Origin: a virus
Taxonomy: Duplodnaviria; Caudoviricetes
IMG/VR virus record: IMGVR_UViG_3300029267_000807
Coordinates: 1 to 58,207 of that record
Strand: one strand, 5' to 3'
DNA: 58,207 nt
The notes beneath the pieces are model-generated. The model was given only the letters and a program-made list of their open reading frames with translations. It searched no databases and had not been told where the DNA came from. A program made the position numbers and the translations under genes. Positions 16,802 to 26,049 of this stretch are shown piece after piece. Numbering within the stretch: position 1 is the stretch's first letter; each line of letters starts with the position of its first letter.

Positions 16802-18564
16802 AGTATCGTCGGCTGACAGGAAGGCGGCGGGCGGCTTATGGCAAGTCGATCGATAGGATCGCGACGAAATACGAACCCGCGTTCGCAAAGTCCGCGACCG
16901 AAGCGTTCGAAGCCGATCGGCGCGCTGTTCTGGCGGCGGTTTCCAAAGCAAAGGCGGACGCATTCGCCCAGAAGCAAAGCGTAAACTATGAACAGATCAA
17001 GATCGACTGGGACGATTACTTCCGGATTCAGGGCGAAGCGGGGATCAACTGGCGGAAATCGTTCATGCCCCAGGTCCGGGCGCTGTTTACGGACGTTGCA
17101 GACTTTCAGGCGGCGGCGCTGGGCATGCGGTTCGACGTGGCGAACATGCTGGCTTCCGAATGGGTTCAACAGTATCACATGGTCTTTGCCCAGCCAGCTA
17201 TGGACACAACGATCGCGGACCTTCAGAGCCTGATCGCCCAGGCGCAAAACAACGGCTGGACGATCGACGAAATATCGAAGCAGATCGACGCGACGTTCGA
17301 CTATTACTTGATCGGGGAAGAAGCCGGGAAAATCTGGCGCGAAATCATGACCGATCAAGAATTCCAGTGGTTCTTTGATCGGAAGCCGCGACCCCGGCGC
17401 GACTTGATCGCGCGGACCGAAACCATGCGGGCGTCGAATGCCGGGACGTATAACCTGTATATGGAAAGCGGCGAAGTCGAACTGAAGGAATGGTTGGCGG
17501 CACATGACAGGCGAACCCGGGACACACATGTCCAGGCGGACGCGACGTATCGCGAAGGCGGGTCGATCGGTCCGATTCCCATGAATGAACCCTTTATCGT
17601 CGGCGGGTTCCAAATGATGTATCCCCTTGACGGGTCCATGGGCGCGGACATTCGGGAAATGGCGAACTGTCGCTGTACTATGGCCCCAGTTCTTTACGAA
17701 TTCGAAGAAGAGGAACCCCAGCCGGAACAGGTCAGTCAACCGACATTCGAAGAGGTCCGGGACAGTCTGGCGCGGATTCGACAGGTTTCGACCGAAGTCA
17801 TCGGGGACCTTACGCGCGAACTTGAAGAATTGCGCGCGCGATCGAATGCGCGATATGACGAATGGATTCAGGGGGAACAGGCGGGCTTTTCGGAAGGACT
17901 TCGCGGCATTCTGAAGGATAATTACCTTCAGGCTTCCCAGGAAGCTTCAGCCGTCTGGACGCGTCTTCAGGAAGTTCGAAAGATGGCAAAGGAACAAATG
18001 CATGACGCGATTCGGATCCCGGCGGATCAGCGATCGGACTTTGAATTCACAACCCGAATTCGGAAGGCGGATCATCGGCGAACCCGGGTTCAGACGGTGG
18101 CGGAATGGCTGAACACAGTTGTTTCAAGGGACGTTCAGCCGGACCGGGTTACAGTGTATAATACGACGGACGATCGCGCATTTCACATGGGCGGCGGAAA
18201 GAAGTCCGGGATCCATATTTCGAAACATGCTGGGGAAACGACGATCGCGCATGAATGGGGTCATCGGATCGAATACGATAACCCGGACATTCAGGAAAAG
18301 CGGGCGAAGTTCTACGAACGACGAACCGCGGGCGAAGCCGAAGAAAGGCTAAAAGACGTTACAAGCCTGAATTACGACGACTGGGAAGTCACGAAGAAAG
18401 ACGACTTCATTGATCCTTATATCGGGAAGGTTTATCGCGGGCGCGCATCGTCTTCAGAAGTGATCAGCATGGGCATACAGTATCTTTATGACGATCCGGC
18501 GGAATTCGCGGAAAAGGACCCGGACATGTTCGACTTTGTTTTAGGCGTAATCAGGGGACAATGA
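16786..18564 (+). CDS. MuF/gp7-like head morphogenesis protein with C-terminal HExxH metallopeptidase-like extension (first ATG 17065; frame open from 16786)
   Basis: IARTETMRA, KEWLAAHDRRTRDTH, NCRC; then AHEWGH and EVISMG. Confidence 0.85.
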   Translation, partial: KKRRLKYRRLTGRRRAAYGKSIDRIATKYEPAFAKSATEAFEADRRAVLAAVSKAKADAFAQKQSVNYEQIKIDWDDYFRIQGEAGINWRKSFMPQVRALFTDVADFQAAALGMRFDVANMLASEWVQQYHMVFAQPAMDTTIADLQSLIAQAQNNGWTIDEISKQIDATFDYYLIGEEAGKIWREIMTDQEFQWFFDRKPRPRRDLIARTETMRASNAGTYNLYMESGEVELKEWLAAHDRRTRDTHVQADATYREGGSIGPIPMNEPFIVGGFQMMYPLDGSMGADIREMANCRCTMAPVLYEFEEEEPQPEQVSQPTFEEVRDSLARIRQVSTEVIGDLTRELEELRARSNARYDEWIQGEQAGFSEGLRGILKDNYLQASQEASAVWTRLQEVRKMAKEQMHDAIRIPADQRSDFEFTTRIRKADHRRTRVQTVAEWLNTVVSRDVQPDRVTVYNTTDDRAFHMGGGKKSGIHISKHAGETTIAHEWGHRIEYDNPDIQEKRAKFYERRTAGEAEERLKDVTSLNYDDWEVTKKDDFIDPYIGKVYRGRASSSEVISMGIQYLYDDPAEFAEKDPDMFDFVLGVIRGQ

Positions 18565-18791
18565 TCAAGGTCGACTTTGATCTTTTGGGGGAATACGTAT
18601 TTGACGGCGACTGGACAGGTCCAGAAGCGGATTTCCTGATCGTCCTGAACGCGTACACGAATCAGGAAGGACCCAGTCCGGCGGATCCGGATCCGTTGCT
18701 TCATGAAGCGGAACGGGTTATTGAATTGATCGGCTTCGGCGAAATCGTCGAATACGAAAAGCCGGAAGGCGTCGAAGGGCGCGTTTACTGA
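18561..18791 (+). CDS. Small acidic protein, candidate immunity for the MuF toxin
   Basis: ATGA-coupled to MuF; 76 aa, acidic. Confidence 0.55.
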   Translation: MIKVDFDLLGEYVFDGDWTGPEADFLIVLNAYTNQEGPSPADPDPLLHEAERVIELIGFGEIVEYEKPEGVEGRVY

Positions 18792-19003
18792 AAATGGTAA
18801 ACGGACTGTCCCAGGGCGAAGGAATGCGGGCGACCTTTCAGGACTTGCCAAAGCCGGGTCAGGCTGGGCGCATGTCGCAAGCGGGCATATCGGGATCGGG
18901 AATAGGTTCCCCGGCGCGTCCGGCGCATTATCACGACGTCGGCGATTCCGGTTTCCCAGTCGCATGAAACGGTTACGATTCGGCGGGCATTGTCGGCGGG
19001 CAT
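18785..19003 (-). CDS. Moron-like basic protein on the opposite strand
   Basis: MPADNARRIV...; own AGAAAGG RBS and promoter. Confidence 0.7.
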   Translation of the reverse strand: MPADNARRIVTVSCDWETGIADVVIMRRTRRGTYSRSRYARLRHAPSLTRLWQVLKGRPHSFALGQSVYHFQ

Positions 19004-19039
19004 GCTTTGTCCTTTCTGAATCGGGCGATTATTGTCTAT

Positions 19040-19068
19040 AGTATAGCACGGGCGGCGGCGGCTGTCAA
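19040..19068 (-). promoter_or_regulatory. Promoter of moron gene
   Basis: TTGACA-N17-TATACT, same -10 context (TGCTATACTATAG) as cassettes D/E. Confidence 0.85.
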
Positions 19069-19092
19069 GCATTATGAAAGAAGGGGACGGAC

Positions 19093-19278
19093 ATGCGAAA
19101 TACGGTTGAATTTGAATCGCCGGAAGAAGAAGCCTATTGTCCGGCTTGCGGGCGGCGGCTTCATGTTGAACCGCTACGGCTGGGGCTGAACAGGCGCGAA
19201 GTCCGGAAATGTCCCTATTGCGCGGAAAAGATAACATTTGTCCGGCGCTGGGCTGTCGGACCAACAGAACACAAATAG
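19093..19278 (+). CDS. Zinc-ribbon protein
   Basis: CPAC...CPYC; RBS. Confidence 0.6.
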   Translation: MRNTVEFESPEEEAYCPACGRRLHVEPLRLGLNRREVRKCPYCAEKITFVRRWAVGPTEHK

Positions 19279-19290
19279 GGGGATACACCC

Positions 19291-20397
19291 ATGGGCGCGA
19301 AAGAACATAAAACGGTTGACGGGCTGATTACGGAAATTGACGAAACCCAGGGCATTGTCAGGGCGATTTTCGCCGTCATGGGTAACGTCGACAGCGGCGG
19401 CGATCGCATTCACCCGGGCGCATTCACAAAGACCTTCGCGGAACGCGGGTCCCGGGTCCGGATCCTGGATCATCACAACACCTTCAGCGTCCGGGACGCG
19501 ATCGCGAAGCCCCTTCGACTTCGGGAAATCGGCGCGTCTGAACTTCCCCCGGAAGTCTTGTCAAAGTTCCCCGAAGCGACGGGCGGCGCGGAACTGACTT
19601 CGAAATTCATGCTTGACGACGACGCGTCCATGGCAATTTTCCGGCGGATCAAAGAAGGCGTTGTGAATGAATGGTCCTTCGGATATGACCCCCTGGACTT
19701 TGACTATTCGAAGGAAGAGGTCGACGGACAGGAAGTGACGGTCCGGAACTTGCGGACTTTGCGGCTTTGGGAAGTATCCCCCGTCCTATGGGGAATGAAC
19801 GAAGCGACGTCGACGACGGGCGTCAAAGATGACAACCCAGACGCTGAAGACAAGGCGACCGAAGAGAAACCATGGGACGTCTTTGTCGAAGGCGATCAGT
19901 ATTGCGTTTACAAGATCAATGAGGATGGGGAAGCCGTTGGGGAAAGCCTGGGCTGTCATGATACGGAAGACGAAGCGGTCGAACAGATTCAAGCCCTATA
20001 CGCGGCTGAAGAAAACGCAAAGACCCTTGTCCCCATTTTCCAGGCGGCATGGGCGGCTGAACAGGACTTGAAGCGGCTGGGCGAACTTGTCCAGGCGGCA
20101 AAAGAAGGGCGCGTTTTATCGGCGCGGAACGGAACGCGGATCGCGAATGCCGTTCTAGCGTTGGTCGAACTTTTGGAAGACGCTGGGATCGACGTCCCCG
20201 GACTTTCGGCTTCGGTCGAAGAAGAAGAGGAAGACGATCCCGGAAAGTTGGCGGCGGATTCACCTTTCAAGGGAAAGGCCGATTCAGCCGAACAGCATGA
20301 CGACGTCGGTCGGGCCGAAGATGATTCACCTTCCGAAGCGGACATGTTGACGCGGATCAACCTGTTGGAAGCAGAACTAAAAATCATAGGAGTATAA
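19291..20397 (+). CDS. HK97-type prohead protease with C-terminal scaffold-like extension
   Basis: GNVDSGGDRIHPGAF, LDHH, WSFGY, LWEVSPVLWGMN; GRVLSARN. Confidence 0.92.
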   Translation: MGAKEHKTVDGLITEIDETQGIVRAIFAVMGNVDSGGDRIHPGAFTKTFAERGSRVRILDHHNTFSVRDAIAKPLRLREIGASELPPEVLSKFPEATGGAELTSKFMLDDDASMAIFRRIKEGVVNEWSFGYDPLDFDYSKEEVDGQEVTVRNLRTLRLWEVSPVLWGMNEATSTTGVKDDNPDAEDKATEEKPWDVFVEGDQYCVYKINEDGEAVGESLGCHDTEDEAVEQIQALYAAEENAKTLVPIFQAAWAAEQDLKRLGELVQAAKEGRVLSARNGTRIANAVLALVELLEDAGIDVPGLSASVEEEEEDDPGKLAADSPFKGKADSAEQHDDVGRAEDDSPSEADMLTRINLLEAELKIIGV

Positions 20398-20399
20398 CC

Positions 20400-21740
20400 A
20401 TGGCTGAACAAATGATGATCGTGGGCGATCGCGTCGACGAACTTCGGAACGAAGGTCAGAAGCTGATTCACGACGCGAAGGAAATCTTTCTGAACGAAAA
20501 GGCGGACGCGCAAGATCGGGAAAAGGCAACCCGCATGCTGGCGCGGGTCGACGAAATCAAGGGCGAAATCGACAGCCTTGTCCAGATCGCCGAATCGGAA
20601 CAGGCCCTTATGGGGACCGCGAAGGTCGAAAATCGCGGCGGCGATCGTCCGGCAAAGCAGATCGGTTCGCTGGGTCGGCTGTTGGTCGAAGTGTTCAACG
20701 CTGAATTTGGGCGCGGCAAGTCGGTTCACCCTGGGCTGAAGCGTTGGCGCGACGCGGAAGAACCCGCGGTCGACGAAACGAAGATCGGCTGGGTTGAACC
20801 CGGCGACAGCAAAGACCTTCTGGAATCCGTTGGCGCGTCCGGCGGATATCTTGTCCCAGTACAGCAAGGCGAAAGCCTGTTGGTTCACCCGGGCGGAACG
20901 GACAGCGTCGTTACCCCGCGGGCAACCGTGATCCCGATGCGGCGTCGACAGATCCAGCTTCCGGCGCTGAATCAGGGCGCGACGACAGCCGGACAGCCCC
21001 ACTGGTTTGGCGGGATCATCGCCAAATGGACCGAAGAAGCGGCTGAAAAGGACGAAACCCAGCCGTCCTTCAGGCGGATCAACCTGACCGCATTCAAGCT
21101 CGCTTTATATACTGAAGCGGGCGACGAATTGCTTATGGACAATGCCGTTTCGCTGGAAGCGTTCCTGAATTCGGCATTCGGCGGCGCGATCGACTGGTAT
21201 AAAGAACATGCCTATATCCAGGGGACGGGCGCTGGACAGCCACAGGGGATTATCCCCGCACCTGGGACGATCACGATTCCCCCGGCGGCGATCGGCGCGA
21301 TCGCGGTTTCGGACTTTGCGGACATGCTGGAAGCCTTTGTCGGGCGTTCCCCGATCTGGATGATGTCGCGACAGTGGATGTCTGACTTGATTCAGTTGAA
21401 CGGTCCGGCTGGGAATCCGTCCTATGTCTTCATGCCGTCGGCGCGCGACGGCGTCCCCAGTTCGCTGTTCGGGTATCCTGTTTTCTTCAGCGAACACATG
21501 CCGCAACCCGGCGAAGTGGGATCCGTGGCGCTTTGCGACTGGTCGAAATACCTGATCGGGGACCGACAGGCGGTTACGGTTGACGCTTCGAAGCACTTCC
21601 GGTTCCAGAACGACTTGACGGCATGGCGCGCTGTTTCTCGGGTTGGCGGGCGACCGTGGCTGGATCTTCCGTTGACGTACAGCGACGGAACGACCCAGGT
21701 TTCGCCGTTCGTGATCCTGGGAATTCACCCGACTTCATAA
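20400..21740 (+). CDS. Major capsid protein (HK97 fold, delta domain)
   Basis: GGYLVP, WTEE, GTGAGQPQGI, LFGYPV, FQNDLTAWR; AGGAG RBS. Confidence 0.95.
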   Translation: MAEQMMIVGDRVDELRNEGQKLIHDAKEIFLNEKADAQDREKATRMLARVDEIKGEIDSLVQIAESEQALMGTAKVENRGGDRPAKQIGSLGRLLVEVFNAEFGRGKSVHPGLKRWRDAEEPAVDETKIGWVEPGDSKDLLESVGASGGYLVPVQQGESLLVHPGGTDSVVTPRATVIPMRRRQIQLPALNQGATTAGQPHWFGGIIAKWTEEAAEKDETQPSFRRINLTAFKLALYTEAGDELLMDNAVSLEAFLNSAFGGAIDWYKEHAYIQGTGAGQPQGIIPAPGTITIPPAAIGAIAVSDFADMLEAFVGRSPIWMMSRQWMSDLIQLNGPAGNPSYVFMPSARDGVPSSLFGYPVFFSEHMPQPGEVGSVALCDWSKYLIGDRQAVTVDASKHFRFQNDLTAWRAVSRVGGRPWLDLPLTYSDGTTQVSPFVILGIHPTS

Positions 21741-21802
21741 GCTGACATAAGTCGGCTGTAGTGGGGGACCCGAAAGGGTCCCCCAGCATAGGAGAAACAA
21801 TC

Positions 21803-22240
21803 ATGGATTTCTGCGAACGTTTCAGCGAAGGTTATGAACTGTTGGCGGTCGAACATGCCGACAGCCTGACAGCGGGCGCGCATGCGTTGGGTCCCGTTAC
21901 CGCGGGCGATCACGATCGGTTCGTGCTAGTGATCGACGTCGGGGAAATGGCCCAGGGCGCGACCTTGGATGCTGTCATTCGCGAATGCACAAACGCGGCT
22001 GGGTCGAACATGGCGGATATCGTCGGGAAGGCGATTACCCAGCTTACCCAGGCGGGCGGCGACGGGAACGAAGTCGTTCTGATCGAACTTCGCGGGGAAG
22101 AACTGACCCCCGGTTACGACTTCATTTCCCCCCTGATCACGGTTGCGAACGATGCGGTCGAATACAGCGCGACCCTTTGGGGCTTTGTCGCTGGTTATGA
22201 ACCTGTCGCCACAACCCTGATCAGCGAAATCGTTGACTAG
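21803..22240 (+). CDS. Probable capsid decoration/cement protein
   Basis: Beta-rich protein directly after MCP with AGGAG RBS. Confidence 0.6.
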   Translation: MDFCERFSEGYELLAVEHADSLTAGAHALGPVTAGDHDRFVLVIDVGEMAQGATLDAVIRECTNAAGSNMADIVGKAITQLTQAGGDGNEVVLIELRGEELTPGYDFISPLITVANDAVEYSATLWGFVAGYEPVATTLISEIVD

Positions 22241-22251
22241 ATCCGGCTGAA

Positions 22252-22317
22252 GGAAGTCCAGGACCCGTCCCCGGGCATTCCCCCAGGGGAAACGGGGCGG
22301 GTTCCGGCTTCCTTCCG
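22252..22317 (+). terminator. Long stem-loop between decoration gene and glycosylation cluster (attenuator/processing site)
   Basis: gaaggaagtc..gacccgtcccc / ggggcgggtt..ggcttccttc; no U-tract. Confidence 0.45.
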
Positions 22318-22328
22318 AAAGGGATACA

Positions 22329-23012
22329 ATGTCTGTCTTTGTCTGGGTCCGGCTTTTGACCGCGAAATACCTGAAAGACGAACATGCGCGAATGCAAAAG
22401 CATGAAGCCCGGGAATGGGTCCAGGTTGGCAAACATGACGCGCGCGTTATGCTTGCGGCTGGGGAATGCGAAATCCCCCGGAGTGATATTCGGAATCAGG
22501 TCGCGGACTGGGGAAATTCGGGCGTCGTAATCGTCGACCCGGCGGACCCGGAATCGGCAAAGAACTTTGTCGACGGAACATGGGACGGCATGGGCGTCCA
22601 GGCTGGGACCCTGTTTTCCGGGCGTCCCTATGGTTCAACCTTGTTCTGGGACCCGAACGTTTCGCTTCGCCGTGAACTTATGCCAGTCGGCTTTCATAGG
22701 GTTCAGCATGGTTGGCAAGTTGCATGTCCCCTATGGCGATATAAGGCCCTTGCGTTACACCTGGGATCAGACGACGAAAAGAAACGGACCCTGGACGTTG
22801 TCCAGGACTTGCGCGTCCCGGTCTATAACCCCGGGCTGTTGTATGTCGCGCGCTGTCCCCAAACGGACGAACTGTTCAGCGTCTGGGAAGAAGAGCATAA
22901 GGAAGGCGACGATCGGCGGCTGTCCTTTTTGCGGGCTGTTTTCCGAACCCGTCCGATCCTTTGTGCGCTTCCTGTTACCTGGACAGCGGGTCCCCGCTAT
23001 ACGGAAGAATAG
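22329..23012 (+). CDS. Degenerate GT-A glycosyltransferase-like protein with small N-terminal domain
   Basis: YNPGLLYV...W...D..LSFLRAV...LPVTW parallels neighbouring GTs; LFWDPNV where DxD is expected. Confidence 0.6.
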   Translation: MSVFVWVRLLTAKYLKDEHARMQKHEAREWVQVGKHDARVMLAAGECEIPRSDIRNQVADWGNSGVVIVDPADPESAKNFVDGTWDGMGVQAGTLFSGRPYGSTLFWDPNVSLRRELMPVGFHRVQHGWQVACPLWRYKALALHLGSDDEKKRTLDVVQDLRVPVYNPGLLYVARCPQTDELFSVWEEEHKEGDDRRLSFLRAVFRTRPILCALPVTWTAGPRYTEE

Positions 23013-23024
23013 AAAGGCTGAACC

Positions 23025-23636
23025 TTGACAACCCGCGGCGCGGTATATATCGCTTACGGGTCCCGGGCGCTTTCGGAATACTGGGAAGCGTCCCAAAGCC
23101 TGAAGAGACACATGCCGGATCTTCCGATCGCCATGATCGGATCTGATTCGGCGGAACTGGGGGACATGTCCGGCTTTACAGACGTCCAAAAATCGCGTTG
23201 GGCGAAAGTCAACCTGGACAAGCTGTCCCCCTTTGACCATACGCTATACCTGGACGCGGATACTCGGGTTTACGGGGACTTGTCGGCGGGCTTTGACATT
23301 CTGAACAAGGGCTGGGACATGGCGCTTGTCACGTCGGAAAATCAGGGCGCGCGGCTGTTGTGGCATGTGTCCCCGGAAGACAAAGAAGCGACCTTGAAGA
23401 AGGCGGGCGCTTACGACGTGCTACAAATACAATGCGGCGTCATGTTCTTCCGAAAGTCGATCCGGACCGTACAGTTCTTCAGTGTTTGGCGGCGCGAATG
23501 GCTTTGCTTTCGGGGACAGGATCAGGGCGCATTTCTTCGGGCGCTGATCGAAGCCCCCATTCGGCTTTGGCTTCTGGGCAAACCCTGGAATGGCGGCGGC
23601 ATTATCGCGCATTTGTTCGGGCGGGCGCGCGCATGA
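23025..23636 (+). CDS. GT-A (GT8-like) glycosyltransferase
   Basis: SPFDHTLYLDADT, CGVMFFRK, DQGAFLRAL, WN. Confidence 0.85.
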   Translation: MTTRGAVYIAYGSRALSEYWEASQSLKRHMPDLPIAMIGSDSAELGDMSGFTDVQKSRWAKVNLDKLSPFDHTLYLDADTRVYGDLSAGFDILNKGWDMALVTSENQGARLLWHVSPEDKEATLKKAGAYDVLQIQCGVMFFRKSIRTVQFFSVWRREWLCFRGQDQGAFLRALIEAPIRLWLLGKPWNGGGIIAHLFGRARA

Positions 23637-23779
23637 AGGCGGCGGATCCATTGTTGGCCTTGTTCGCTTTGTTGGTCGCGTTGTTAGGGTTGGCGACGGG
23701 CGGAAACGCGATCTTGTTCGGGTTCGTCTGGACATTGGTCTTTGGCTGGGCGATTATGGAACTGAAGGGACCGTCATGA
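23633..23779 (+). CDS. Small membrane protein
   Basis: MKAADPLLALFALLVALLGLA...; coupled on both sides. Confidence 0.55.
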   Translation: MKAADPLLALFALLVALLGLATGGNAILFGFVWTLVFGWAIMELKGPS

Positions 23780-25446
23780 AGGTGCATATCGTATGCCGGA
23801 ACTGGACCGACGATCGGGTTATCCCCCGATTCGCGCGTTACCTTATGGACGCGTTCGGCTGGAAGGCGTCTGATCGTCCGGATCCGTCCGCGGATCTGAA
23901 TTACTGGCTGGGATACTTCGAATATCAGAAGGCCCCGCGGTTCGACGCGACCCCGACGGTCGCTTACCTGACACATCTTGAAGACGCGGACGCGGCGGAA
24001 TCGGCAAAGGTTCGGCTGTTCCATGCGGCGGCAAAGAATTCAACCCTTCGCGTCTGTATGAACGAACAGACAAGGGCGCTCATTGAACCCCTTTACGGGA
24101 AGACGTTTGTTTTCCCCCTTCCCCTGGAAACCGATCGCTTTGTCATTGTCCCCCAGCCCAGCGGAACGCTTCCGGTCGCGGGCTTTTCCGGCTTCCGATA
24201 CAAAAGCGGGCGCAAGGGGGAAGAACTGGCTTCGGCGCTTGTCCGGGACTTTCAGGGGGAAGCCCAGTTCAAGGCGTCCGGTCGCGGTTGGCCTTGCCCC
24301 ACAAAGAAATACACCTGGGACGGAATGCCAGCATTTTATCAGTCCCTGAACGTCTTTGTCTGTACGTCGACGGTCGAAGGCGGACCCATGACAACCCTGG
24401 AAGCCTTATCATGCGGCGTCCCGGTTGTGATCCCGGTTGGGGTTGGGATCCATGACAACATTCCCGACGTCCATGGGATATATCGCTATACCGCGGGCGA
24501 TTACAAAAGCCTGAAGCGGGCATTCGGGAAGGCTCTGGGCGGCTTCGATACGGTCGACCGGGAAGCCCTTCGGGAAGCGACAAAGCCGCATGCGGTCGAA
24601 GCCTGGGTCGACGCGAACCGGGAAGCATTCGAAGGGTTCCTTCATGACAAGCCCCAGCTTCAGGCGATCGATTCGTCCGATGGGCGGCGCGGGATCTACA
24701 TGGTCGCGTTTGGGGACCCAGCCCGGGACGCGGCAAAGATCGCGATCAAGACGATCCGGGCGAATCTTCCCGGGATCCCGGTCGCGTTATGTTCAGATCG
24801 GAAGCTGGGTCCGGAACATATCCTGATCAAGCAACCGGACAAAGATATAGGCGGGCGGATCGCAAAGCTGAAGGCTTACGACTTTGCCCCGGCGGAATGG
24901 GAATCGGTCCTATACCTGGATGCGGACATTGAAGTCGTTCATGCCGACGTCGAACAGTATTTCCGATGGCTTGACATGGGCTGGGAATTCATAATCTGCA
25001 AAGACGCGCATCTTCATGATACCCTGGACGATTTCCAAAGGTCGAACAATCGCGAAGAATACGTGAAGACGATCCAGAAGATCGGGACCGCGGAAAGTCT
25101 TCAGATCAACGGTGGGGTTTGGGGATTCCGGCGCTGTCGGGCGGCGAAGGCGTTCATGGACCGATGGTTCGACGAATGGAACAAATATCAGGGACGCGAT
25201 CAGGGCGCTTTGATCCGGGCGCTATACTCTGATCCGATCCGGGTCCTATGGCTGGGGAACGAATGGAATACCCTGATCACCCTGAAGGGAAAGGAATATC
25301 CCCCCGGGAAGAAGGGATCGGCGGGCGTCCTTCACTTTGTTGGGCGGGCGCGGCGCTGGACCGGACAGGTCCCGGAAGGATACGGACTGACCGACAAGGT
25401 CGCATGGGACATGGTCGACGATTACATGAGAAAGCATGGACAGTGA
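23776..25446 (+). CDS. Bifunctional glycosyltransferase: GT-B (GT4-like) + GT-A (GT8-like)
   Basis: EGGPMTTLEALSCGVPVV then LYLDADI, NGGVWGF, DQGALIRAL, EWN. Confidence 0.88.
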   Translation: MKVHIVCRNWTDDRVIPRFARYLMDAFGWKASDRPDPSADLNYWLGYFEYQKAPRFDATPTVAYLTHLEDADAAESAKVRLFHAAAKNSTLRVCMNEQTRALIEPLYGKTFVFPLPLETDRFVIVPQPSGTLPVAGFSGFRYKSGRKGEELASALVRDFQGEAQFKASGRGWPCPTKKYTWDGMPAFYQSLNVFVCTSTVEGGPMTTLEALSCGVPVVIPVGVGIHDNIPDVHGIYRYTAGDYKSLKRAFGKALGGFDTVDREALREATKPHAVEAWVDANREAFEGFLHDKPQLQAIDSSDGRRGIYMVAFGDPARDAAKIAIKTIRANLPGIPVALCSDRKLGPEHILIKQPDKDIGGRIAKLKAYDFAPAEWESVLYLDADIEVVHADVEQYFRWLDMGWEFIICKDAHLHDTLDDFQRSNNREEYVKTIQKIGTAESLQINGGVWGFRRCRAAKAFMDRWFDEWNKYQGRDQGALIRALYSDPIRVLWLGNEWNTLITLKGKEYPPGKKGSAGVLHFVGRARRWTGQVPEGYGLTDKVAWDMVDDYMRKHGQ

Positions 25447-25578
25447 ACGCGCGCGCGCGGGCGGCGGAAATCGTAAACGATCTTTGTCAACGGCTGGGCT
25501 TGCGATACGATCGCGATATCGAACAGGTCGAAGCCCGAATCGCGGAACACTTGGCGCGGGCATACAGAAAGGGCATAC

Positions 25579-26049
25579 ATGAATCTGAACCTGGGCGCGG
25601 GGAACCGAATCCTGGACGATTCGATCAACCATGACATAACCCGACATTCGAAGGCGATCGACGTGGCATGGGACTTGAACGACCTACCATGGCCTTGGGA
25701 AGACGGACAGTTCGCGCGCGTTTACGCGTTTTCGGTCCTGGAACACCTTTACCATAATCTGCTTACGTCCATGGACGAAATCTGGCGGATTACGGAACTT
25801 GGCGGGCTTTGCGTCGTCAAGCTTCCTTTCTGGAAGGCGAACGTTACCTGGGAAGACTTGACGCACATTCACAAAGTCGGACCCGGGATCATGGACCAAC
25901 TGGACCCGACAACCCAGCGGGGAAGGGATTACGGCTTCTATACCCCGTACAAATGGCATGTCCTGAAGCGTTGGGCGAACAAAAAGAAGCGTCCGACGTC
26001 CTTTTACTGGAACCTGATCAAAAAGCCGGAAGGTTGGGACGGAACATGA
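25579..26049 (+). CDS. Class I SAM-dependent methyltransferase
   Basis: LNLGAG, DLNDLPWPWED, SVLEHL, EIWRI...GG, DLTH. Confidence 0.85.
   Translation: MNLNLGAGNRILDDSINHDITRHSKAIDVAWDLNDLPWPWEDGQFARVYAFSVLEHLYHNLLTSMDEIWRITELGGLCVVKLPFWKANVTWEDLTHIHKVGPGIMDQLDPTTQRGRDYGFYTPYKWHVLKRWANKKKRPTSFYWNLIKKPEGWDGT

Noticed and set aside
25443-25634. Small GTG-start ORF between GT and methyltransferase
   Set aside because: Plausible but overlaps the next gene by 56 nt and has no recognisable motif; too weak to list as a feature
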